DNA of 64,000 nucleotides from Octopus sinensis. Its lineage: Eukaryota. Shown here piece by piece: positions 25,562 to 37,992 of the stretch (its first letter is position 1; each line of letters opens with the position of its first letter). Location of the stretch: contig NC_042997.1 of the NCBI RefSeq assembly GCF_006345805.1, forward strand, positions 143,902,001 to 143,966,000, in the 5' to 3' direction. The position numbers were made by a program, and so were the translations under genes. The notes under the pieces are model-generated. The model searched no databases and was not told the DNA's origin. It saw only the letters and a list, made by a program, of their open reading frames with translations.

Positions 25562-25895
25562 CTTCTTCTCTGTCGGGTTAGAATAACATTCATTAGTAGG
25601 ATAAATCTCTATACGCACGAACACACACACACACATACACACACACATACACACACACACACACACACACATGCACACATGCACACACACACACACAAGC
25701 ACACTTGTGGGCACAGGCATAAATGTAAATTAAGAAGTTTCTGGTAAGACGTTTCCTTCCAAATCACAAAGTTCCGAATTCAGTCCTACTGCGAGGTACC
25801 TTACACAAGTGTCGTCGAATTTAGCCTCAGGCCAATAAAAACGTTGTGAGTAAAAATGTACGACGGAAAATAAAAGAAACCTAAAGTGTATATAT

Positions 25896-26153
25896 GTAGA
25901 GGCGCGTGGCTTAGTGGTTACGGTGTCAGCATCATGATCATAAGTTTGTGGTTTCGATTCCTGGACAGAGCGACGCGTTATGTTTTTGAGCAAAACACTT
26001 CACTTCACGTTGCTCCAGTCCACTCAGCTAGCAAAAATGAGCAACGCTGCGATGGACTGGCGTTCCGTCCAGCTGGGGAACACATACGCCATAGAAACCG
26101 GGAAAACGGGCCCATGAGCCTGGCTAGGCTTTCAAAGGGCGCATTTATTTTTT
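25896..26153 (+). mobile_element. SINE family C with 14-bp TSD
   Basis: TAAAGTGTATATAT at 25882-25895 and 26154-26167. Confidence 0.9.
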
Positions 26154-26244
26154 TAAAGTGTATATATAGTCCAAAGACAGAAACAATTGAGAAGCATAAT
26201 ACATACATACATACATACATACATACATACATACATACATACAT

Positions 26245-26798
26245 AGTGTCTGCCCCCTCGTTATCGAGTATGGCCATTGCACGAAGCTTAATCAATGTTG
26301 TTATCGTGCAATGGCTGTGCAAGAAGATTTTTTTAATGTGAGGAAAGGCTGTGCACTGAGTCAAATCCATTCACTAATCAACATCAGCCTAAATCCCAAA
26401 AGAAGAACAAGTCAACATCATCGGTAACCACTGAGCCGCAGGTTTTATGTCGGAGTTATCCTAGTTACCTGAGTTACCTTCTCCTAGAATTATGCCCGAG
26501 CAAATGCTAGGAGTCCTTCACTCCCAATGGTTTAACCGCGCGATCGGGTATTCAGTCCGATTATTTCTATGGCACCGCGCATGATACAGCCTTAAGACAT
26601 TTATTGGATGGCCGTTGTTTCTCAAGAGTTCCTCCGCCCTTTGACGGGTTTTGTTTTTCATCCCGCAGGGTGTCCAATAAACACCCTCCTCACCAAGTAA
26701 GCTTGGTGGGGTTGCCGTTTAGTCGCCACGACCCGACCATGCGACAGGCTGTACTGGGTTACATGTTACCAGCAGCACTCGAAAGTGACCTGACACAA

Positions 26799-26800
<2 letters not shown>
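26245..26800 (-). mobile_element. Unclassified retroposon-like segments (possibly RTE-associated UTR)
   Basis: Higher-GC complex block between microsatellites with a 13-bp stem GGCCATTGCACGA/TCGTGCAATGGCT; classification tentative. Confidence 0.35.
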
Positions 26801-26833
<33 letters not shown>

Positions 26834-27039
26834 TATATATATATATATTATATATATATAATATATATATATATATATTATTATAAATATATATATATAT
26901 ACATACACACACACATACATACATACATACATACATACATACATACATACATACATACAATACATACATATATATACATACATGCATGCATGCATAAATA
27001 CATACATACATACACACACATACACATATATATATATCG

Positions 27040-27960
27040 TTGTGTTATAACACTATTCCACATATACAAAAACAGCCATACCAACAATCCAACGTACCGA
27101 CATCATCAGCTGCCCCACGGATATCATTATGGTTTCGACACCTGGGGAGTACTATTCAATCCGGCAGTGTTAACACCACTAAAAGAAGTGTTGTTTGGAA
27201 ACAAACATACGGAAAAAACCCCCACAACTTTCGAACACATTTAATCTATGTGTAACAGTATTCATTCTAAATATAGTCAGGATTAAGCACTAACTTTAAA
27301 ATTAAACTACAACAAGAAATATAAATCTATGTACATCTGTATCGGTATTAGTAGTAAACCTAAAATAACTAAATTATATATATAGGTTCATAATCTCACC
27401 AGTCTTCCATAGTTACTATTATTATAAAAGAAAGTGAAAGCTTTATTTCAATTCCCTCCAAAACAAAAACATGATTAAATTTAATGAATGAGTGTGAACG
27501 AAATACATTATTTCATAATTCAAAAGTTAATAATAAAAGCACTATATAATCTTAATATATATTACCCTTACAAGCTATAATGTAAACTTACCAGTAACTA
27601 ATAGAAACATTAAATTTATTAAATAGGAACTATTAAAAGTATACTTGTAATTAACTATTATTATAAAACTTTGCTAGGATAAAAGCTAAATTAAAACTGC
27701 TTAAAAGATAATAAAACTACAAAGTATTAACACCCACATGTTTTTTCAAACCACATGGTTCCATCACTTCTAGAACTTAAAAGATTATCTTAACTATCGA
27801 CGACGGAGTATGTAATTACTACTTCCTCAATAGTCTCAAACAATATTGGTGACGTTGTAAGCAAATAACTTGAATCGTAAACATTCCAAATCTTTACAAA
27901 TATTTGCTATATATATATATGTGTGTGTGTGTGTGGTGTGTAAACATTCGAATGTTTTTG

Positions 27961-28003
<43 letters not shown>

Positions 28004-28016
28004 GATATATATATAT

Positions 28017-28053
<37 letters not shown>

Positions 28054-28270
28054 TGTGTATCACGGATCTACCTAACTCATTGCTATTTTATTATGATCCT
28101 TCTCTCATTTTTCACAAGCTGGAATACACTAATATCATTGATTGGGGACTTTCCTTCGCTTTTACATCTCTCTCCCTTCTCTCTTTCTGATGACGAAGTA
28201 TTCAGCCAATGGAAACTATACTCAGTATGATGATCCACACTCCCGGCTATTCTAGAAACAGCTGTAAGCG
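27040..28270 (+). mobile_element. Probable degraded PLE 3' region ending in a hammerhead-bearing terminal repeat
   Basis: A-rich sense strand, weak IKES..FI.......LN ending, hammerhead core at 28187-28266. Confidence 0.35.
28183..28270 (+). ncRNA. Type I hammerhead-like motif with long stem II insert
   Basis: CUGAUGA (28187-28193), about 60 nt with GAA..AGCC/GGCUAUUC pairing, then GAA-ACAGCUGU-A (palindromic stem III, GUA site). Stem I is weak. Confidence 0.5.
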
Positions 28271-28279
28271 ATTCCGTAT

Positions 28280-28650
28280 ATCTATATTCTCACTCACACA
28301 CTAGCAATACATCCTCCTGTCTCTCTCTATATGAGAATCAATGTGTATCTAGTATCTCTCTACCACTCTCTCTCAATTCTCCAAATATATATTCTTCTTT
28401 CCTCTCACTCTTTTTTCTCACAATCACTTTGCTCTTATTTACAAAGATATTTACATTCGTACTCACACACTAGCGATACATCCTCCTCTCTATTTCTCTG
28501 TACTAGAATCAATGTATATCTGGTCTCACTCTCTCTCTCTCTCTCTCCCTCTCTCCCTCTCTCTCACATTCTCCAAATATATATCCTTTTTTCCTCTCAC
28601 TCGTTTAGCTCTCTCCCAGTACTAGAACCAATGTGTATCTAGTCTCTCTC
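28280..28650 (+). repeat. Imperfect tandem repeat of about 170 bp
   Basis: ACTCACACACTAGC.ATACATCCTCCT..AGAATCAATGT.TATCT..ATTCTCCAAATATATAT occurs twice, plus a partial third copy. Confidence 0.8.
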
Positions 28651-28989
28651 TTTCCTTCTCTCTCACTTCCACTTACTCCCCTCCTCATTTGCTCCCTATT
28701 TCCATCCAACCACACCCTCAATCCAATCCCTCAACGTTAACTGCCTATCCTCTCCCCTGCATACCTACCTCTCCCTCATCTTTGTCGCCCTCTCAATCTC
28801 CTCTCTATTCCCTTCTCCTATCTGTCCCATTCTCTGCCTCAACTTTCCCGTCTGTCCCCTCACATTTACCCCGTCACCCCCGTTGGTCTCTTCCCTCTCC
28901 CAGCTTGCTCTTCTCCCCTCACCTACCCAAGTAATTCCCACTCTCTTTCCCTCATTCTCTCATCACACCTCTGTTCTCTCTATATTTGC

Positions 28990-30720
28990 ACTCAAAAACC
29001 AACTGCACACAATCGCAGCCACATACGGAAAATTACGAGAAATTGGAAGACCACAAACGTTGGATTGTTCTTGCGAGCCTGGGACGTCACAGAAAGCGAT
29101 TCGCCAAATAATTTAATTACAGCTGCCTTGAAGAGCAATGGTTTTTCCAGATCTGTGGCACAAATAGAGCAGAAGAAGAATGAGTTCATCCGATCTTATA
29201 TGCTCGTACGGCCATACTTGGAGAAACTGGACATCTGCCCGTGAGAAACGTCACACGGAAAGCAGTGGCAACATCGACACCAAAGATAAAATGTTCAATA
29301 AGGAAGGAAACGCGAAAAGTGCGAGCAACCACAGTCCCAACACCTCTCAAAACAGCAATGTAGAAAAAGAAGAAACCAGCCGAAAGCCAAGTGAAAATGG
29401 TTCTAAAATATAAACCAAAATCAAACACTCTCAGAGAAAAAGGTCTATCTGCAACTTCCACAAAAAAAGATGTCTGCTGGCATGAAGAGGGTGGGACAAA
29501 CTGCTGCTTTGCGCATCCAGCGCTGGAGCAGAATCCATCACTCACCCGACAATGAAAGAAACAATCACACTTGGAGAATTCCATATCCCAGCACAAACCT
29601 GCAGAAAAGAAGGCCGGACAGAAGACTACACAGATGCAGTTCAAGCTGCAGCGGTTGAACAACAATATTTTTAAGCGTGGCACAAGAAATAGTGCACGGT
29701 TGTCATGGCTACAGACAAAGCTACAGACTGGGCCCAGTACTATTTGTGATGGCCCTCGCAGATATGCCCTCCGCGGTACAGTCAAGCAATCTGACCATTT
29801 ATGCTGACGGCACAAATGTATTGCAGGCAGTTAGGAACCCGGAGGACATCATAAAACTGCAGAAAGACCTGAATGACATCTACATAGGGGCTTAGAAAAA
29901 TATCATGCGGTTCAATGCTATGAGATTTCAGGTACTCCGCTATCGGCCCAACACCAAGCTAAAGCCAGAATACACTGGACCAGAAGGTAATACAATCCCA
30001 GAGTCAGAGTCAGTGCGTGAGCTGGAGGTTCACATGAGCAATGATGCAACAATGTGCATATTACCAAGATGGCAACAATGTGCAGACGAGTGGCTGGCTG
30101 GATTCTGAGGACATTCAGAACCAGGAAAAGGGAGGCCCTGCAACTCCGATGGAGGACTTTTATTCTCAGCCGCTTGGACACTGCTCCCGACTATGGGCCC
30201 TAGAGAGTGTTAATCACACTGTGGAACACGAAGCAATCAACTGCCATTACACAAATAAGATCGACCCTATGCAAAATATGGGCTACTTGGAGAGGTTAAA
30301 GGAGCTGAGTCTCTATTCCCTGGAGAGAAGACGACAGAGATATGCGGTTATATATATTTGGAAGATCTTTAGCACTGCATCGTACCAAAGATCCTGTCTT
30401 CCCCATCTGAAATAAGTACACAGTACTTATTTTGGGTTTCAAGGTCCTGCAATTGTTCAATATCCTTTCAGGCAATCTTAGATATCTACATGCTGTTGAT
30501 GTGGAAGTTTTCAAGGAACGACTGGACAAGTTTCTATCAGAGATACCAGATGAACCCACACCGCGGCAGGAGACATAAAGAAGAGCAGCTCCGTCAAACT
30601 CTTTACTCCACCAAAAAAAAAATAACGGAGCCAATATCAAACGGCTACAGGTGGTGCACCAACATGACCTCAGCTCTGGGCTGAAACCAGTAAAGATAAA
30701 AGATAAAAGATAAAAAGATA
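28990..30720 (+). mobile_element. CR1-group LINE, internally deleted (ORF1 CCCH finger joined to RT C-terminal half)
   Basis: ICNFHKK..CWH..GTNCCFAHP; LGPVLFVMALADMP..TIYADGT..LQKDLNDIY; GWILRTF; YLERLKELSLYSLERRRQRYAVIYIWKI; (TAAAAGA)n tail. Confidence 0.9.
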
Positions 30721-30784
30721 TTCTCTATCTAAATTAAATGTCTTTTTCAAGTGATGTCTACTGTTTCATGTTTACTTTAATCTT

Positions 30785-30813
<29 letters not shown>

Positions 30814-30815
<2 letters not shown>

Positions 30816-31560
30816 GAATACAGAGGTATGAAATCACAGGTGATACAAGTCCATATTTTTAAATGTCTTACTTTGAAAAATTGCATTCGTGGGTGGGATT
30901 AGTAAAATTTGGTAGAAATGACTAATTTTGTCCTCTTAGCGTGTGGCATGTATGTATAATAATGCCCTCTATATATAAATTAATATGTTCAATAAGAAAG
31001 AATTGTTTTCGAAATTTTTTCTCTTATGAGGTTTTTCACGCTATCTACCCGATAATTTCTTGTTAAGTTTTCCTTATTAAGAAGTTGTCCTTAATTGCTA
31101 AATTTTTATTCCGAAAAAACTTTTCCTTTCCCGAAATGCAATTCGTAAAAGTCTGCCATTTACCGGATGTAATATATGTAAACTAACCCATGTGCGTCGT
31201 TGATGTTGGTCAGTTGGCTGCCCGGCTTTGGCGATGTAGGGTCGTTTATTTATGATACGTCCAGACTTGCTGATGAATACAGAGGTATGAAATCACAGGT
31301 GATACAAGTCCATATTTTTAAATGTCTTACTTTGAAAAATTGCATTCGGTGGGATTAGTAAAATTTTTGGTAGAAATGACTAATTTTGTCCCTCTTAGCG
31401 TGTGGCATGTATGTATAATAATGCCCTCTATATATAAATTAATATGTTCAATAAGAAAGAATTATTTTCGAAATTTTTTCTCTTATGAGGTTTTTCACGC
31501 TATCTACCCGATAATTTCTTGTTAAGTTTTCCTTATTAAGAAGTTGTCCTTAATTGCTAA
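30814..31560 (+). mobile_element. Retrozyme or miniature PLE: 288-bp direct repeats with 171-bp spacer (459-bp period) in (TA)n
   Basis: 30814-31101 is near-identical to 31273-31560; intact hammerhead at 31264-31310; (TA)n on both sides; no credible ORF. Confidence 0.8.
31264..31310 (+). ncRNA. Canonical type I hammerhead ribozyme
   Basis: GACUUG-CUGAUGA-AUAC(AGAG)GUAU-GAA-AUCAC(AG)GUGAU-A-CAAGUC: all core nucleotides and three helices present; predicted cleavage after 31304. Confidence 0.88.
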
Positions 31561-31714
31561 TATATATATATATATATAAATATGTGTGTGTGTGTGTGGT
31601 TCAAATATACGAAAGACAATGATAGGAGAGGGAGCAACAAAACGTAGGCGTATAAGTTCATATATGTATATATACATTTATATACGTGTGTGTGTGTGAG
31701 TGTGTGTGTGTGTG

Positions 31715-31930
31715 TGTGTTTGTGTCTGTGTTTGTCCCTCAGAATCGCTTGACCACAGATGCTGGTGTGTTTTTACGCCCCCGTAACTTACCGATTCAGC
31801 AAAAAAGAAAACGATAGAATAAGTATCAGGCTTAAGAAATAAAATACTTACTGCTATCGATTCGCTCTACTAAAATTCTTGAAGGCAGTGCTACATTGGT
31901 CGCAGTTTAGTAACTGAAACAATTAAAAGA
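31715..31930 (+). mobile_element. SINE family A 3' half
   Basis: Homology to 13645-13848. Confidence 0.8.
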
Positions 31931-32729
31931 AAGCCACGGATCTTCCCAATTCGAGCAAAGTCTATCTGTTATTTCTAACATATCGAAGCTCTGACATTAC
32001 TTGAACATGTGACTGACCGGTAGGAACCTCATTTGAGTACAAATATCTAAAGATGCTTATTGTTCACGTATTCATAGCGAAAGGGAAAGCGAGGTAAACC
32101 ACGCTTTGCTTTTACACTTTCATAACAGGTCAAAGAAACGTTCGGCGAGTATTTGTTGGATTCGATTTCTGTTCGAGAAAAAGGCGAAGAGCTTGTTTAA
32201 TATTCATTCATGAAACATATGAAAACCACTAAACCGAGATATCTGATATAAAGCTAGCATTCCATGCAATTACCCTTGATAAATAGTGATATATACATAA
32301 ACACACAGACACAGACACAGACACAGACACACAGACAGACGCACACATAGACACGCACAAATATGTTCATATATGTATGTATATATGCGTTTGTGTATGT
32401 GTGCATATGTATGCATTTATGGATAGATTTATGTATGCATGCATATGTATACACACACACTCACACACACACATATATATATATACATATACATATATAC
32501 ACAAAACATACATGCTCTATATATGTGTATGTGTGTGTGTGTGTACATATATATATATATATATGCATACACACACATATACACGTATATATATATACAC
32601 ATATATAATGAATTATGTCTATGTATATACACAAAAGTCACACACAAACATACACACACATTATATATGTATTTATGTACCAATATTTATATATTCCCAT
32701 AAATACGTAAGTATATTAAGCACACGGTC

Positions 32730-32771
<42 letters not shown>

Positions 32772-32772
32772 A

Positions 32773-32805
<33 letters not shown>

Positions 32806-33304
32806 GATGCGTGTATGAGTGTGTGTGCGCGTACATCTACACTCAAACTCGCACATATGAATATTTGAATATATATGAAGAAATCCAACACGTAACCCAA
32901 GTAATAGAAGCTATCACATACCCCTCTTTGGTACTCTGAAGAAGTATCTTCTTATTAAAGAATCCTCACAAATGTAATATGGAGAGAAATAGCATACGAA
33001 TAGATCGATTGATTGATTCAGCTATAAAACCTCTTGTGGGTGATGAGAAAAGTAATCTAGTTTGAGCGCATTATTAAAGAAATCTTTCCATGTATATTCA
33101 AATCGGAAATATCGAAACCAATATGACGAAGTTATTACGCTTTTAGTCGTGAAGTTGGGATGAAATGTGCTTATATATTTTTCTTTCATTAAAGTATTCG
33201 ATATTGCCTCCTCCTCTCGCTGTTTCTCTCCCCTCTCTCTACACACACACTCACAAATACAATCATACACACATGTACTATATATATGGTATATATATAT
33301 ATGG

Positions 33305-33357
<53 letters not shown>

Positions 33358-33588
33358 CACGAGCAATTGTGGGGTAATCAAATTAGACGGATCAATGTAT
33401 AAAGTATATTAAATGCATGAAATACAAAATATGTATATATGTATACATATAAAAAAAAGTCCAGCTTACACAGAGTACAAATGATATAGAAAATTAAAGG
33501 GGTCAAGAAAACGTGGATGCATTTAACATAGGATGAGACGAGCCTCTGTCTTCAGGGAAGAGATCTTACATTTGACGCACACAAATAC

Positions 33589-33627
<39 letters not shown>

Positions 33628-33895
33628 CATACATACGATCACACGCGCGCGGAAACATACTTAATCAATTGCCTAGTTTGTACTAAGCATCTAAGCTAGT
33701 TTTCAGACTTTTAGTTAGCCCTTGTTTCATACGTTCTGAATAATGTAACATTTTCCTTTCATAAACCCCGAGTTAATCTGTTGTTTGAAAAAAAATTTAG
33801 AATGTGAATCAAATACGATGCATGGACGCCAGGGAAATATGTTCTGCGCATCGCATATGATGTATAGGACAAATTGCTAACAGACAGACAGACAG

Positions 33896-33948
<53 letters not shown>

Positions 33949-34032
33949 CATACACACACACATACACACACTCACACTCACACACACACACACACGTACA
34001 TTCATACACACACACGCACATTCACACACACA

Positions 34033-34074
<42 letters not shown>

Positions 34075-34075
<1 letters not shown>

Positions 34076-34705
34076 GGCTACAGGACGTCACCAGCAGTAA
34101 ACAAAATGAAATACGAAAACAAGTGAGTTCAATACGCAAACAACGAAACAAATGGAAAAGAGGACAAGTAACATAAAGAACGACCCTTCATCGGTTGTCG
34201 GCTGTCTAACTACTCCTCATTTCGAGCATTCAACGACAATATGAGTCTTCGAAGACGGTTGCTCCCATAAGTACCAAAGTAAAATTTTGGATTTATGGAG
34301 GGTCAAAGTTGGGAACAGAACATGACATTGGAGACATACAAGAAAGCCTAACGAAGACGAACAGGGGACGGGGTCGTTAGACTAGAACGAAGGTAAAATA
34401 GTGAAAGCTGGAGAAATATTTTCTTTGAAAAGAGAAAAGATTGAAGAGAGAGGTGGAATACGTCCAGTCCTTAGGACAGTCTTGAAGGAAAGGAAAGATG
34501 ATCACGTGAGGAAAATAAAGATGGACGATGGTCACGTGTGAGCCACGAGAGAGAGAGAAAAAAAGAGAAAGAGGGGAAAGAGAGACAGACAGATAGGATA
34601 CGGTGAAGGGGAGAAACAGATGGGGAGAAAATAATATGGAGTAGACTTGCATCAAAAAGATTAAGATAAACTTACTTGGAAATGGATGCGTGGTGTTCAA
34701 TCAAA
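34075..34705 (-). mobile_element. Interspersed repeat, probably PLE terminal region
   Basis: Shares segments with 34856-35030 (inverted) and with 46132-46170 and 46330-46400. Confidence 0.55.
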
Positions 34706-34723
34706 TAATAATGATAATAATAA

Positions 34724-34773
<50 letters not shown>

Positions 34774-34794
34774 TAATAATAATAATAATATATA

Positions 34795-34855
<61 letters not shown>

Positions 34856-34856
<1 letters not shown>

Positions 34857-35030
34857 ACGATCCTCTCTGTTTTCGTTCGGTTTCCTTGTATGTCTCCACT
34901 GTCCTGTTTTTTTCTCAACTTTGACCTTCCATAAATCCTAAATTTTATTTTCGTACTTATGGGAGCAACTGTCTTCGAAGACTCATATTGTCGTTGAATA
35001 CTCGAAATAAGGAGTAGATAAAGAGCCATC
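34856..35030 (+). repeat. Inverted copy of 34200-34380
   Basis: GTACTTATGGGAGCAAC.GTCTTCGAAGACTCATATTGTCGTTGAAT.CTCGAAAT is present on opposite strands. Confidence 0.9.
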
Positions 35031-35534
35031 AACATATACGTAAACAGACATCCGTATATATCTACATGTATAAAAATATATATATAATATGAGAGAAAGA
35101 AAATGTAATTAAGGAGACTCTTTATTCTTTACTACGATCGTTTCGTCTCATTCTGCACCGGTGTCACCCGAGTGAGATGCTGTATAAAGAGTTGTGGTAC
35201 ATGATAGAGGCAGATGCACCACGTTTTTAAATCTCCGTTTCGCTTATATTGATATTTGTAGTTCGCTTCTCGTCTACACGAGAACTACAGTATCTTACCC
35301 GCATGGCAACGGTGCACGGTAGGACAAAACAGCCATAATGAATAATAGTCTTGTGAATTCCATTTTCTTCCTGTCATACGTTATAAACTCTATGGGCACA
35401 AAGGAATTCCTGAAGTAAGTCTAGTGGCATTTACACCCATAATGTTGACCACACCAGGTCGCCGAATACAGTGGACGGGCTTTAAACGAGATACAACAAA
35501 GTGTATACTCAAATTTAAAATATATATATCAAAA

Positions 35535-35730
35535 TGTAACCACGTGTGTATCGTTGGCGAGTTTATTCCTCCGTCTTCCCTTCCTTTGGACTTACCTCTA
35601 TTTCTGAAGAAGAGATTTGCTAGAAACATAAAATCCTCTTTCTTTCCTTTCCTGAGCGCCTCGTAATACCGTACTTGTACCACGTCCTCGCGTTGCTGTT
35701 TTTTCTTGCTTGTTTTTCTTTGTTTGGATA
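35535..35730 (+). mobile_element. PLE pLTR-like repeat with decayed minimal hammerhead (35600-35634)
   Basis: AUUU-CUGAAGA-A-GAG..GCUA-GAA-ACAU-A-AAAU; homologous to 57170-57378. Confidence 0.7.
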
Positions 35731-36350
35731 TATATATATATATATAATGTGGACACGCCATCGTAACTACGATGGTTGTTTGATAATTACGTACCACTTT
35801 TGGTCAATGTCATATATCAGTCATAGTCTGAGTCTGAGCAGACCCTTGTGAGTTAAATTTGGTTCATCTACTCTTTCTCTCTGTCTCTCTGTCCCTCTAT
35901 GTGTGTGTGTGTGTCTCTCCTATCTCTCCCTCCTCCCTCTCTCTGTTTTGTCTTTATATTCTACTTATATGAGTTGTAAGTGGAACTGACTTGTCAGAAA
36001 TTGCAATCGCACGAACCTTTCCTGTTGTTTGGTGTTAGCTTGATTTAATATCACCACATTATTGCATGCATTCAGGTAAAGTTTCTCATAACCAATCTAA
36101 GATCAATTGGCATACTGATGCCAAACCACGAGACTTGATTTCTTTAACTTGCACCTCTGCTAATCTCTCAAGGCTTGCAAGACCTTGGGTGCTCCCCTTT
36201 CTTCTGAGACTAAGTTCTAAATATATTCTTGAATTTGCCATTTGACCGAAAGAGCTTACAATATACATAATTCTGATATGATGTTTCAGAGGGGAAAAGG
36301 CTATATACAGACTAATATTGCCTGTCCAATAGTTAATACATGTTTGTATA

Positions 36351-36550
36351 TACGAGGGGTGCTGAAAACTTCGTGGCTTTAAGGCCAAGCTGGAGGTCCA
36401 GCCTTCCGAGTTCTTTTACAAGGCTTAGAAAAACTGAAGGACCGCTGTATTTGAATCTGAGAGGGGAATATATTGAACTAAATCATAATTAACTGATCCT
36501 ACTGTATTTTCTTTTACCCAAAGCCAGGAACTTTTCAGCATTCCAGCGTA
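36351..36550 (-). mobile_element. Mariner-type MITE
   Basis: TACGAGGGGTGCTGAAAAC.. and ..ACTTTTCAGCATTCCAGCGTA; reverse homologue of 19062-19278. Confidence 0.8.
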
Positions 36551-37072
36551 CTGTAAATCGCTATAAAACTACTATTCTGTTTATGATGAGGAACATGAGG
36601 AACCGATCTCTGATAAAATGGTAAAAAACGCACCGAAACTAGTCTTATTGACACTATTTTCTGGTAACACAGAGAAAAAAATTGGTGCTTAAAAACGTGT
36701 TTACTAAAAACACACACCTTAAGTTTTAATCTGTCAGATCTCTCGGCCTTTCGTGCCTGTGTTCCCTTGTATATATGTGTGTGTGATTCTTTCTTTTTTC
36801 TTTCTTTCCTTCTTTGTCTCTTTCTCCCTCTCTTCCTCTTTCCGTGTCATTCTCTCTCTGAGTGTGCGTGTGTGTTTGTGTGGTATATTATAAATTTAAT
36901 AGATTTAAGTATTCAGTTCGTTCATTAAACCAAGATCCCTTAATCAACAGAAAGCTGTTTAAAGATTGGGATGATATATTCCTTGTGTATTGTATTTCAA
37001 AACAATAAACGCACACACACACACACACGAACATACATATCTCTAGATAGAATAATAGATACATACGCACAC

Positions 37073-37118
<46 letters not shown>

Positions 37119-37715
37119 ATGTGTGTGTATAAATATATACATATATATATATGTACATATATATATATATATATATATACACGTATATATGTTTGTCTGT
37201 GTGTGCTTGTGTATATGGATGGATTTATATATAAATATATACGTATGTATGTATGTATCTATACACACACACGCGCACATCCATCCATCCGCATATACAC
37301 ATGAGCACAAACATGAGCAAACACATAAGTATTGCTCTCAAACCATTAAATGACTTCACGTAGATATATACGATTTTCAAAATTTTTATTTCCATGTTAT
37401 TCATCAAATAATTTCGGCATGAAAATATAAAGAATTATATGTGCAAAGAATATTTTGTTACTTTGCTTAATTAGAAATTTATTTGTTTGGAAGTCATTTT
37501 AGTATTCTTCATTCTTCGTACACTTCAAATTAAAAATGAATTGAACAAAAATAGCCATTTCGTTTACCATTTTTGTTGTTGTTTTTCTCTCAACTGAAGT
37601 TCGCTATCGAAGTAAAATTGTATTTTATTTTATTTCGCAAGGACTTTCGACTCTCGTTATTTATCATGATTAAATGGCTTACAACTCTGAAATGATAAGA
37701 ACAAACAACTAAAGA

Positions 37716-37716
<1 letters not shown>

Positions 37717-37798
<82 letters not shown>

Positions 37799-37924
37799 TT
37801 ATAATAATAACAATAACAACAATAACAATAACAATAATAATAATAATAATAATAATAATATTAATAATAATAATAATAATATTAATAACAAGACTAACAA
37901 CAATAGTAATAATAATAATAATGC

Positions 37925-37975
<51 letters not shown>

Positions 37976-37992
37976 TGATGATAATAATAATA
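37717..37992. repeat. (AAT)n/(AAC)n microsatellite
   Basis: Direct reading. Dozens of other (TA)n, (CA)n, (TACA)n, (TATC)n and (GA)n arrays occur across the window. Confidence 0.95.

Noticed and set aside
27040-27900. Possible mitochondrial insertion (AT-rich, strand-skewed); also considered for 2530-5700
   Set aside because: No mitochondrial protein, rRNA or tRNA motif was recognisable; retroelement motifs explain these regions better.
34180-34232. Type II hammerhead (GAAA before C(C/U)GAUGA), also 46330-46380
   Set aside because: A stem II can be drawn, but stem I does not pair in register, stem III is only 1-2 bp and the cores are mutated.
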